DNA of 64,000 nucleotides from the human T2T-CHM13v2.0 reference genome, Homo sapiens. Both the position numbers and the translations under genes were made by a program. Shown in pieces: positions 62,724 through 64,000 of the stretch. Within the stretch, counting starts at the first letter, position 1, and every line of letters starts with the position of its first letter. The notes beneath the pieces were generated by a model. That model had not been told where the DNA came from and made no database searches. It was given only the letters and a program-made list of their open reading frames with translations. Location of the stretch: assembly GCF_009914755.1 (NCBI RefSeq), contig NC_060932.1. The stretch is one strand, 5' to 3'.

Positions 62724-64000
62724 ATAAATAAGCTTTTGAAAGCCATTCCTAAAGTGTTTCCCACCTGCACTAAACCAGACCTGCAGACAAAAGAAAAATG
62801 AATCTGTTACTAATTTCAAAGCCCACTTGGACCTTTTGTTTTTCCTACAGCATTCCAAGCATTACATCAATTCAGCTAATCCTAGCTGTCCTTTTTGTAA
62901 ATGGAGTCTCCCCACAACATTACCAAACAAGAAAGAGAGAGAGGAAAAGGATAAGGAAGCTACAGGGTTAAGTAAGTTAGCTGAGGACCTCAGAGCAAGA
63001 TGAGAAACAAAAGGTTTCCAAATTAATGGCCTTGTAATTATAGCAACTGCGGAGCAACCAACAACCAAGAAGGACCTTTGGACTACTTTTAATAAGTGAC
63101 TCAAACCAGACGTTATCTCCTTCTGTCTGTCTTTGTATGAATGTTTGTGTGTGTGTGTGTCTATATATATACACACACATATGTGATATTTTCAGATGGT
63201 ATTACTAAACCAATTTATAAAATCCTTTAATGGAGATCTATTCAAATTGGTTTGGGGATAAATGAGCATGCATGTAAATTATTTCTAAAACTCTCAGAAA
63301 TGCAGAAACTGACCCAAATGTGTGTTTTTTTTTTAATAAGTTCACATGATTTACATAAGTCTGTGGTAAATAAAGCTAGTTTTTAAATTGTCGGTAAAAT
63401 AAAATGGGAGTTTCTCAGAATTCTCAAGTTTTTCCTGGGTTGCTGGTTAGACAGATTGGTGTTGGCTCTGCTAGATGTTTAAGATCATAAAACCATAAAT
63501 CCAACCTAAGAGGAAAATGTGCAGTAAAAATGAATTGCTTGATCTTGATGCACGTCAGTCATGGAAGTAAAAAACTGTGATACCTGCCTGATTTGTCAAG
63601 AAAAATTAAATAACATTAAGATGATGGCGTGGGAGAAGGCATGGATGATAGCTGAATTTCTTTGGAGGACCTGTCTTTAGGCAGACAAAGGAGTCCCAAA
63701 AAGCCCCTCCCTGCATTTGTTATTTTTCAAATGCTTTCGGCTCAAAGCAATCAATATTCCAAAGCAGTAAATTTTGGAGTGGCATTTCCTGAACTCTTTC
63801 AATGGCTAACTCTGTTCAATATCTCATGACATTTTTCATGAGCAATTCAAGTATATTTGTTTAAGAAGGAGTGACTTAAATATAAATGGAATAAAAGTTT
63901 AAAACTTTTTGAAATTATGTTTTATAAAATGTCTACAGTCATAATCTTGATTATTATGTTAAAATGTTGTATGTCACAGAAAATAACCAGATTTTTTTGT

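Overview
Primate (almost certainly human, chr8q21) genomic DNA covering the middle of TPD52 (tumor protein D52) on the minus strand. Five coding exons are readable with canonical AG/GT boundaries: the prostate PrLZ/PC-1 alternative first exon (35915-36053), three core exons (19809-19924, 8621-8769, 6866-6967) and a 27-nt alternative microexon (5784-5810). The ubiquitous D52 first exon (MDRGEQ) and the 3' exons are not seen and should lie outside the window. The rest is intron, dense with Alu, L1, L2/MIR, MaLR/ERV LTRs, a near-full-length Tigger1, hAT MITEs, a U2 snRNA fragment and a 28-bp VNTR. Most six-frame ORFs are repeat artefacts, and I found no convincing novel protein-coding system. The best second-look items are regulatory: a candidate 19-nt poison microexon, two candidate antisense exons with a poly(A) signal, uORFs and an ARE/FOXA element at the PrLZ exon, and two local templated duplications. 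Repeat subfamily names are recalled from consensus sequences and not computed.
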